Source of the DNA: Bacteroidales bacterium
Lineage (GTDB): Bacteria > Bacteroidota > Bacteroidia > Bacteroidales > CAIWKO01
Length of the DNA stretch: 24,520 nt
Assembly: GCA_035389045.1 (NCBI GenBank)
Contig: DAOORA010000013.1
Location: 62,001 to 86,520, forward strand
Direction: 5' to 3'
Shown: one piece after another, positions 17,083-24,520 of the stretch
Position numbering within the stretch: position 1 is the first letter of the stretch
Layout of the letters: the number at the start of each line of letters is the position of its first letter
The notes under the pieces: model-generated
Seen by the model: the letters and a program-made list of their open reading frames with translations, nothing else
What the model was told of the DNA's origin: nothing
The model's database searches: none
Translations under genes and position numbers: made by a program

Positions 17083-17170
17083 GCGGAGAGTGAGGGATTC
17101 GAACCCCCGGAACCCTCGCAGGTTCAACGGTTTTCAAGACCGCCGCGATCGACCACTCTGCCAACTCTCC
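17081..17170 (-). tRNA. tRNA-Ser (anticodon TGA), CCA encoded
   Basis: GGAGAGTTGGCAGAGTGGTCGATCGCGGCGGTC-TTGAAA-ACCGTTGAACCTGCGAGGGTTCCGGGGGTTCGAATCCCTCACTCTCCGCCA: acceptor stem, long variable arm and T-loop GTTCGAATC. Confidence 0.97.
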
Positions 17171-17174
17171 GCCG

Positions 17175-17182
17175 CAAAGGTA
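17175..17182 (-). promoter_or_regulatory. -7 element (TACCTTTG) for tRNA-Ser
   Basis: caaaggta on +, 4 nt upstream of the mature tRNA 5' end. Confidence 0.7.
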
Positions 17183-17226
17183 ATATTTTTTTAAATGATA
17201 CCAGCTTTCTTTAAAAAATTATACCC

Positions 17227-17403
17227 ATACGGTGGCTGAGGCTCTCGAAGTCACCGTAATTGACAGCACCATGAAAATTACTGGCACAGACCTCCGGTAT
17301 TATCAATCAATTTTCTATACGGTGGCTGAGGCTCTCGAAGCCACCGATGTTGACTGCACCATGAGAATAATTTACCACAGAAATGGTTTATTAATCAATT
17401 TTC
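17227..17403. repeat. 90-bp-period tandem duplication, each unit containing a REP-like hairpin CGGTGGCTGAGGCTCTCGAAG(T/C)CACCG
   Basis: atacggtggctgaggctctcgaag is identical at 17227 and 17317, and similarity continues through tgac.gcaccatga.aat and aatcaattttc. Confidence 0.85.
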
Positions 17404-20279
17404 AATAATCTGAAATATCTGCTATGGCCTGCGCTGCTTAATCTCAATGTATAAACGCCTTTGGAGAGATGGCTAATATCCAGATCAAATTGTTGGTTAA
17501 GATGGGCCAGTTCTTTAGAATAAACCATCATGCCGGTCATCGAAATGATGTCAGCGCGCACCGTTGTTTCAAAAAGCAGGCCCGGCACAATGGTGATAAT
17601 ATTTTGGGCAGGATTGGGATAAATGTTTATATCGTCAAACACAGCTGCTTCTGCCATTCCTGCAGGCATTAGGATAATTTCCCGGTAAACCGTGTCGGAG
17701 CATCCTCCGTTGGATGCCGCCAGCATCACGGTGTAAGTCCCGTATGCGGGATAGGTATGGCCGGGATGCTGAGATGTACTGGTCGCACCGTCGCCGAAAT
17801 CCCAGAAAAATGAATCGGCGTTTGCCGAAGTATCTGTGAAACTAACGCTCAGAGTATCGGCAGTGTAAGTGTAAGTAAATCCGGCCACAGGATACTCAAA
17901 AATGTTGGCTGTTACCGGCACTAAGGGACTTTCGCAGCCTTCGGGAGTTTCTATTTCCCAGTCATAAAAAAAGTAGTAGCGGGGAGTGGAGGCATTGGTT
18001 CCTGTAATTTTTATCTTTCCGCTCAGGTCATAAGGGAATGTTATTCCGCCGCTGTTTCTGAACATATTGGGGCTGGAGGTGCAGCGTAATGACATACTGG
18101 TTCCGGTGGGTACATTAAAATTCAGGTTAACACGGCTTTCCCCGGCAGGAATGTTAATAGTAGCCGTTTGAGCCGGGGAGAGCGCCGCGCCGCTGCTGTT
18201 TCTTATTTCGATGGTACGGTTGCCTGCAGTGCTGGCATAAACTTTTACGGATTTTAGTATTACCGGGGAAGAGCAATCAAATAATAACCAGTAGGAAGTA
18301 TTGTTATACATTGCCCCGCCACCCGACGAATCTGTTTTTCCGACATATTCAAACGGCATAGTAACTGTGTTTGAAACGTAGTAGGTAGTTGTATTTGTGA
18401 TGACAGGGGTTGTGAAGATATTGCCGGAATAAAGCAGGTTTCCGCCGCTGGGGGCGTCATACCAGTTTATGGTTCCGGAACCTGAGGCCGTCAGTTCCAG
18501 GCTTCCGGGACCGCATTGTGAGGCGCCTGTTGCTGTTGGCACAGGAGCCATGCTGATGACGATGTAAGCGGTACGGACCAGCGAATCCTGTCCTTTGCAG
18601 TTGATGGCTCTGAGTTTCACCGTATAGGTGCCGTTGGCCGTATAGGTATGGGTGGGATTAGCCAGAGTGGAGGTTGCACCGTCGCCAAAAAACCATACAA
18701 AACTGCTCGCTGCTGTTGACGTATTCGTAAATTGCACGGTGCCCGTGCAGTTATCGGTAATGGTTCCTGTAAATTGGGCATCCGGCGCTGCGGCAGGGGC
18801 AAGGGCAACATTTACCCAGGTGGCGCTGCCGTTTACCAGTACCACATTATTGATAGTTTTTGAAGTGTAACCGGGTGCTGAAAAGGTTATACTGTAAGTA
18901 CCGGAATTCATGTATTTGTGATAGTTACCCAGCGGCAAAGCAGAATAAACCTGTGAGCTGTCGTTGGCCTGATCGTAATTGTTCACCCAAACCTTTGACC
19001 TGATGGGTTGCCCGCTGCAGGAATCGGTGATGGCGCCGCGTACGCCGTAAAGCGATTCCTGTATATAGTTCAGCAGGGAAGCGTAATTTTCATTCCATTT
19101 GGTGTTGAGATTCTCCGTGTTGGTGGTTTTGTCGGCATCGAGTTCTATGGTAAGCTCCCTGCACTGTTTAAAATAATTCATATAGTCCTGCCTCCCTCCC
19201 GAAATGGTGTACCAGTCGCCGCCTTCAGTGACTCCGTCAGCATAGGTGTCGGACAGGTAAGTACTGTTGACTGTCCTTGCCGTGGCAACATAAGCCGAAC
19301 ACACTCTTTCCCACCATGCGGCATCTGCATTGGGATTTCCCGAAGTAGTCCAGGCATCCCACGGATAATTAAGCAATTCTGCGCCACCATGGAAATTGGC
19401 GCCCATGTTAAAATGATGTGACTCTGCAAAGGCCATAAAGGCTTGTGTTTCAGGCGCCCATGAATTGCCGTCGGGATGAGGTCCGTCGACGGGATCGGGG
19501 TAATTGCGGTTGAGATCAACACCTGATAAATTAGATCTGACCGACAATGCCACACTGCTGCCCGGCGGGCTGGAAAACCTGTATGTCCCTTCAGGGTTGG
19601 CCAGCGGACATATCCATATTTCAGCACCGTTAACAAGGCTGGTCACCTGTGGCACTGCACCGTAATTGGTCAGCAGATAATTGATCAAACGAAGCATAAG
19701 GTAATAGCCTGTCGTTTCATCACCGTGTATGGATGAGGAATACAAAAACTGCGGCTCATTTTCGGCGGAATTTACATTATCAGATATTTTAGCAACGAGA
19801 ATTTTATAATTACCTGATGGGGTAGCAGATAAAATGGTGTCGATATCGCATAATGCAGGATAGTTACTTGCGAAATTGGCCATCATCTGCTCGTAAACAC
19901 TGTAAGTCGGATAGCGGTCCCAGTTGGCCATTTCTGCCACGGTGGCCGCCATGGTGAGCGCTTTGGCCTGTACTTTGGGTATGATCACGTAGGGAATGTT
20001 TTCTGCCAGAAACTGCTGAAATTCATGTTGATTGGCATAAGCACGTACTTCGTAACCCAGACCGCCGTTCAGGGTTTTTACGTAATCTATGGATAGGATA
20101 TGGGTCAGGCGCTCATCGATCAGGGATTTGGAGGATATATTAAACTTAATGACAATTTCACCTCGGTCATGCAAAATTTGCATCGCTTGCTGTGTCTGTG
20201 TTAATGAACTGTTTTGAGCAGTAATATTCCCCGGAATAATAAATGCAATTAATATATAGATATATTTATATTTTGACAT
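17391..20279 (-). CDS. T9SS-secreted M14 zinc carboxypeptidase with regulatory-like domain, 2 PKD domains, Ig-like domain and type A CTD
   Basis: SSIHGDE, DLNRNYP, NFHGG, GGRQDY, RELTIEL; PKD motifs WFFGDG and WDFGDG; Ig WYDAPSGG...TTTYYV; CTD IYPNP...GVY.LRL...LLK. Start probably the ATG at 20279 (MSKYKY signal peptide). Confidence 0.9.
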   Translation of the reverse strand: MSKYKYIYILIAFIIPGNITAQNSSLTQTQQAMQILHDRGEIVIKFNISSKSLIDERLTHILSIDYVKTLNGGLGYEVRAYANQHEFQQFLAENIPYVIIPKVQAKALTMAATVAEMANWDRYPTYSVYEQMMANFASNYPALCDIDTILSATPSGNYKILVAKISDNVNSAENEPQFLYSSSIHGDETTGYYLMLRLINYLLTNYGAVPQVTSLVNGAEIWICPLANPEGTYRFSSPPGSSVALSVRSNLSGVDLNRNYPDPVDGPHPDGNSWAPETQAFMAFAESHHFNMGANFHGGAELLNYPWDAWTTSGNPNADAAWWERVCSAYVATARTVNSTYLSDTYADGVTEGGDWYTISGGRQDYMNYFKQCRELTIELDADKTTNTENLNTKWNENYASLLNYIQESLYGVRGAITDSCSGQPIRSKVWVNNYDQANDSSQVYSALPLGNYHKYMNSGTYSITFSAPGYTSKTINNVVLVNGSATWVNVALAPAAAPDAQFTGTITDNCTGTVQFTNTSTAASSFVWFFGDGATSTLANPTHTYTANGTYTVKLRAINCKGQDSLVRTAYIVISMAPVPTATGASQCGPGSLELTASGSGTINWYDAPSGGNLLYSGNIFTTPVITNTTTYYVSNTVTMPFEYVGKTDSSGGGAMYNNTSYWLLFDCSSPVILKSVKVYASTAGNRTIEIRNSSGAALSPAQTATINIPAGESRVNLNFNVPTGTSMSLRCTSSPNMFRNSGGITFPYDLSGKIKITGTNASTPRYYFFYDWEIETPEGCESPLVPVTANIFEYPVAGFTYTYTADTLSVSFTDTSANADSFFWDFGDGATSTSQHPGHTYPAYGTYTVMLAASNGGCSDTVYREIILMPAGMAEAAVFDDINIYPNPAQNIITIVPGLLFETTVRADIISMTGMMVYSKELAHLNQQFDLDISHLSKGVYTLRLSSAGHSRYFRLLKID

Positions 20280-20357
20280 AAGTTTCAGGAAAATTATAAA
20301 AGTCATTGTAAATCTTTCAAAAAATAAACGAGGATACATTGCAAAATCTTTGTTTTT

Positions 20358-23300
20358 TTATTTGTAAAACATTTTCAGCATCACCGATCCTGATTTTTCC
20401 GTGCCTGCAAAATCCAGTTTAAATGTATATATACCTTCGGCAAGGTGCGCTGGCGCGAAGGTTATCGTGTGCTTTCCGCTTGATTTTACTTCATTTACAG
20501 GTTCTGCTGTTAACATACCAATAGCGTTAAACACCTGAAGTTTTACGGCGCCATTTTCCGGAATACTGTAGGTGATAATCGCATTGCCGCGAAAAGGATT
20601 GGGATACCCCGAAATGTTGAGGGTTGGATCAGCGCTGCTCCCCTGGATCATAATTTTTGGAACGATCAGCATGGCGTCATCCGTTTTTTCGCCATACCTA
20701 TCGGCGAGCACACCAATTCCCTGAAGGTTGAAATCAAGTTCTCCGGGATTTGCACTGCTATTGCAGCGGAAGCCCAGACGGATCATTTCGTCGCCGGCCG
20801 CTACATCAAAATGGTCTGTCGTAGCGAAAACTACCCTTATTACACCGTTTTCATCGGTGACCAGCAGGTCGTTGTTGTCGGCTATGATCTCTTCCAATGT
20901 GGGATTAATCTTCAAAGTGCCGTTTTTATTGCCATGCCGCATAATGGCGTTCACCAGCTTGTATTGGTGATGAGGATACCTTAATTCAAGCTCCATGGCA
21001 GAGAAATCATCGATCTTTGAATCGCAACGCAGCGGTACTTCAAAAAATGCTGGATCCACCAGTGTGATCTGCTCTTCAGCAGTCATAATGATATCTGCAG
21101 GAGATGATTTGCTTCCGTTCCATGTGTTCAGCGAATCACGGTATTTGGTGCTGGAGGCATTGTAATCGCCGTAGCAGATGGTTTGCAGATTTATGTTGAG
21201 GCTGGAACCGGCAATGGTGACCAAGGTGTCGAGGGCTACCCAGTTGCCCCGGGGGAAATTCTTGGCGGACAAGGTCGGCGAGCCAATTTTTGCTTTTATC
21301 CTGGATACATCAATTGCATTTATTGAAGAATTATTATCCACGTTGGCTGCTTTTTTATATTTTACAGGGAAACACCTTGATGGATCCTGCACAGTGTCGC
21401 TGGCGATAAAATATTTTATTAATGCGAGGTCTATGGCATTTATATTATCTCCCCACTGCATGGTGTCGGCGGTATATTTATCATAACTCAGCAAATAGCT
21501 GCCGTTCTGAATAGTATTGAAATGGTAATTACCTGAAGCATCGCTGGTATCGCGTGCCACTTCAGTTCCTGCCGGATAGTTTTTCAGAATTACGATTACC
21601 TGCCCGATATTGTAAATGGCTGCATCACAGGTCGGATAGGACGGTGCCGGGTTTCCGGCATTTGCCTTACCTGCATAACGGGTTTTGCCGCTGATACTGT
21701 ATGTGCTGCCTCCCGTAATGGTGACATTCTGAAAAGCCGTGTCTGAACAACCGCCGTTTGTGGTGATGAGCCGGACGGTGTAAGTGCCGGCTGCCGCATA
21801 GGTATGAACCGGGTGCTGTTGTGTGCTTGTGCCGCTGTCTCCGAAACTCCATAGATGGGATGTGGCATTGGCAGAAGTGTTTGTGAAAGTGGCCGTATTT
21901 GAATTTACCGAACTGCTGAATCCTGCCACTGGCAAGGTAAGGATGGTGGCAGTGACCGGAGAGCGGGGACTTACACAGGCATCTTTTTGAACAAGCCATT
22001 CATAAAAGTAATAGTAATATGTGCTTCCTGCATCTGTGCCTGTTATCGACAGAAGGCCGGGGGTTGTATAACTATAGCTGACACCTGAATTGTGCCTGTA
22101 AAGGTATAAACCCTCATTACAGGATAATCTCATAGCTGTTCCTGGTGGAACGGCAAAATTAAGGTTTACCGTGCTGAGTCCCGCAGGAATGTTCACCGTG
22201 GTTGTCTGTCCGTTGATCACAGCGCCTGAACTGTTTTTTAATGCAATAGTCCTGGATAGAGGATTGGCTGAAGTATTATATACGTTCACCGAAATTAATG
22301 TTAAAGGAGTAAAAGCATCAAATATCAGGTAATGCTCTCCGGAACTCGTTCCTGAGCCACCGCTCTGGACAAATGTTTTTCCGGCGGTTTCTATAGTCCC
22401 CCTTTCGTCGTTTTCAACATAATAGGTGGTGGTGTTTGACAAAACAGGGGTAACATAAGTAGTTCCTGTGTTTAAAAGGGTGCCGCCGCTGGCAGCATCG
22501 TACCATTTAATTGTTCCCAATGCAGAGGCAGCTAAAGTAACGGTCCCCGGACCGCAATTGGAAGCGTTTGTTACGGTTGGGGTAACAGCCATACCCGCAA
22601 TAGATATATAATTGCTCCTTATCAGTGAGTCGACTCCTTTGCAGTTAAATGCTTTTAGTTTTACCGTGTATGTACCGTTATTGGAATAACTGTGTGACGG
22701 GTTGGCCAGGGTAGAGGTGGAGCCGTCTCCAAAATACCATGCAAAATTGGTGGAAGCTATTGATGTGTTTGTAAATTGAACTGTTCCTGTACATTTATCG
22801 GTAACTGTTCCAGTAAACTGAGCATCGGGGCTGGCAGATGGGACAAGTACGACATTGACAACGGTGGCGGTGCCATTGGTTACCGAAATACTGCTAATAG
22901 TCTTGGATATATAACCTGGAGCAGAGAATGTAAGACTATAAGTTCCGGTATTCACGTATTTATGGTAATTTCCGACAGGTAAGGCAGAGTAAACATGCGA
23001 ACTGTCGTTTGCCTGGTCGTAACCGTTTGCAAAAACCTTAGCCCTGACAGGCTGGCCGCTGCATGAATCGGTGATGATCCCCCGGATGCCGCACAATGAT
23101 TCCTGTAAATAATTAATTAACGAATTGTAATTCTTATTCCATTCTGTATTAAGATTTTCCGTAGGAGTGATGAAATAGGAATCCAGTTCAATGGTGACCT
23201 CCCTGCAATGCTTGAAATAGTTCATATAATCCTGTCTGCCCCCCGTGATGACATACCAGTCGCCGCCTTCGGTAACGCCATCAGAATATGTGTCGGTCAT

Positions 23301-24317
23301 GTAATCACTATCCACTGTTCTTGCTGTTGCCACATAATTGCTGCAGATTCTTTCCCACCAAGCCGCGTCTGCATTAGAGTTCCCGGATGTGGTCCAGGTA
23401 TCCCAGGGATAATTCATTACTTCTGCACCGCTGTGAAAGTTAGCTCCCATAACAAAATGATGGTTGTTTGCGAAATCCATAAATGCTATGGTTTCAGCAG
23501 CCCAGGGATTCCCGTCGGGATGATCGCCGTCAAGCGGATCCGGGTAATTGCGGTTCAGATCAATACTTGCCAGGTTGTATCTTCTGCCGTTGGCCACGGT
23601 GCTTCCGGCAGGACTTGAATTATAATAGGTTCCGTCGGGGTTTGCCAGTGGACATATCCAAATTTCAGCTCCATTTAAGAGGTTGGTCACTTGTGGTACT
23701 GATCCATAGTTTGATAAAAGATAATTGATCAATCGGAGCATGAGGTAGTATCCTGCTGTTTCATTGCCATGCATGGAGGATGAGTACAAAAATTGGGGTT
23801 CATTTTCGGCGGTGTGCACATTATCGGAAATTTTTGCTACGAGTATTTTGTAATTTCCGGATGGTGTTGGAGAAAGTATGGTATCAATATCGCACAAAGC
23901 AGGATAATTACCTGCAAAGTTTGCCATCATCTGTTCGTAGACACTATAAGTTGGATACCGGTCCCAATTGGCCATCTGTGCCACGGTAGTTGCCATCGTG
24001 ATAGCTTTAGGCTGTGCTGAGGTTATGATCTCATAAGGAATATTTCTGGTAAGAAATTCCTGAAATTCCTGATGGTTAGCATAGGCATGGACTTCAAATT
24101 CTTGTCCACCGGGAAGAGGTTTTACCTTATCCACAGACATGATTTTTGTGAGGTCTTCGTTTATCAATGCTTTTGAGCTGACAAGGAATTTTATACAAAT
24201 TTCTTTGCGTGACTGAAGTATCTGTGAGGCCTGCTGTTCCTGTGCTGTCTTGAAGTTTTGTGCGGCTGAATTACCTATGATGATACATAAAAGTAAAAAA
24301 AAGATATATTTACGCAT
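20358..24317 (-). CDS. T9SS-secreted M14 zinc carboxypeptidase paralog with PKD/Ig domains plus a dockerin-like/cohesin-like module and CTD
   Basis: SSMHGNE, DLNRNYP, NFHSG, GGRQDY, REVTIEL; PKD motifs WYFGDG and WSFGDS; INAID repeats; CTD GYPNPF...GIY.FKL. Start probably the ATG at 24317 (MRKYIFF signal peptide). Confidence 0.9.
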   Translation of the reverse strand: MRKYIFFLLLCIIIGNSAAQNFKTAQEQQASQILQSRKEICIKFLVSSKALINEDLTKIMSVDKVKPLPGGQEFEVHAYANHQEFQEFLTRNIPYEIITSAQPKAITMATTVAQMANWDRYPTYSVYEQMMANFAGNYPALCDIDTILSPTPSGNYKILVAKISDNVHTAENEPQFLYSSSMHGNETAGYYLMLRLINYLLSNYGSVPQVTNLLNGAEIWICPLANPDGTYYNSSPAGSTVANGRRYNLASIDLNRNYPDPLDGDHPDGNPWAAETIAFMDFANNHHFVMGANFHSGAEVMNYPWDTWTTSGNSNADAAWWERICSNYVATARTVDSDYMTDTYSDGVTEGGDWYVITGGRQDYMNYFKHCREVTIELDSYFITPTENLNTEWNKNYNSLINYLQESLCGIRGIITDSCSGQPVRAKVFANGYDQANDSSHVYSALPVGNYHKYVNTGTYSLTFSAPGYISKTISSISVTNGTATVVNVVLVPSASPDAQFTGTVTDKCTGTVQFTNTSIASTNFAWYFGDGSTSTLANPSHSYSNNGTYTVKLKAFNCKGVDSLIRSNYISIAGMAVTPTVTNASNCGPGTVTLAASALGTIKWYDAASGGTLLNTGTTYVTPVLSNTTTYYVENDERGTIETAGKTFVQSGGSGTSSGEHYLIFDAFTPLTLISVNVYNTSANPLSRTIALKNSSGAVINGQTTTVNIPAGLSTVNLNFAVPPGTAMRLSCNEGLYLYRHNSGVSYSYTTPGLLSITGTDAGSTYYYYFYEWLVQKDACVSPRSPVTATILTLPVAGFSSSVNSNTATFTNTSANATSHLWSFGDSGTSTQQHPVHTYAAAGTYTVRLITTNGGCSDTAFQNVTITGGSTYSISGKTRYAGKANAGNPAPSYPTCDAAIYNIGQVIVILKNYPAGTEVARDTSDASGNYHFNTIQNGSYLLSYDKYTADTMQWGDNINAIDLALIKYFIASDTVQDPSRCFPVKYKKAANVDNNSSINAIDVSRIKAKIGSPTLSAKNFPRGNWVALDTLVTIAGSSLNINLQTICYGDYNASSTKYRDSLNTWNGSKSSPADIIMTAEEQITLVDPAFFEVPLRCDSKIDDFSAMELELRYPHHQYKLVNAIMRHGNKNGTLKINPTLEEIIADNNDLLVTDENGVIRVVFATTDHFDVAAGDEMIRLGFRCNSSANPGELDFNLQGIGVLADRYGEKTDDAMLIVPKIMIQGSSADPTLNISGYPNPFRGNAIITYSIPENGAVKLQVFNAIGMLTAEPVNEVKSSGKHTITFAPAHLAEGIYTFKLDFAGTEKSGSVMLKMFYK

Positions 24318-24520
24318 ACGTATGTGAAATTTTGCCGAAAGGTACAAAAAATTTGCATTTCGTCAAAAAAAATCTGAAAAAAAATAATGAAAATTTTCTT
24401 CAAAAATATTTATCCGCAACAGGAAAAAATGAAAAAGCGCGGTCTAAGAAACTGTTTTGATTTTGTGTTACATAAGATTTATGATGGATTTTTTAGCGAA
24501 ACGAGGCAGATTTTGCAGAC

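Noticed and set aside
17081..17170. Selenocysteine or suppressor tRNA
   Set aside because: The anticodon is TGA (reads UCA, Ser), not TCA, and the acceptor stem is a normal 7 bp.
16841..17194. 117-aa + strand ORF (and the 60-aa ORF at 16710-16892)
   Set aside because: These are shadow frames across the repeats and the antisense of tRNA-Ser (WRRVRDSNP is a typical tRNA shadow).
16777..17403. Possible CRISPR array
   Set aside because: Each repeat has only two copies, the spacers resemble each other, the unit sizes do not fit, and there are no cas genes.
475..24020. Numerous short alternative-frame and antisense ORFs (e.g. 475-873, 5597-6082, 10878-11297, 19008-19421, 23208-23618)
   Set aside because: They lie essentially inside well-supported genes and show no recognisable motifs. 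The similarity between 19008-19421 and 23208-23618 simply mirrors the paralogous peptidases.

Overview
This looks like a chromosomal window from a Bacteroidota bacterium, probably an anaerobic Bacteroidales: it has TAnnTTTG -7 promoter elements, AT-rich leaders without Shine-Dalgarno motifs, and T9SS C-terminal domains. The left half (1-12.3 kb) is mostly housekeeping and envelope genes: a partial secreted-protein gene, folP divergent from DUF1599 / BT_3928-DoxX / DppB-like permease, then prmC, rlmI-like, 3-methyladenine glycosylase, a GT-C membrane glycosyltransferase, two GT2 enzymes and a GWxTD protein. The right half is accessory. It holds (i) a TetR-cupin-hemerythrin-BFD[2Fe-2S] operon with a perfect 20-bp palindromic operator on its promoter, whose 58-aa ferredoxin gene is missing from the ORF track; (ii) an orphan secreted beta-propeller-like protein; (iii) tRNA-Ser(TGA) with a duplicated long-hairpin element on its 3' side and a 90-bp REP-containing tandem duplication on its 5' side; and (iv) two tandem paralogous T9SS-secreted M14 zinc carboxypeptidases. 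One of these carries an extra module resembling a permuted dockerin plus cohesin. I found no CRISPR array, transposase, integrase or reverse transcriptase. All family assignments come from motif recognition by eye, not database searches.
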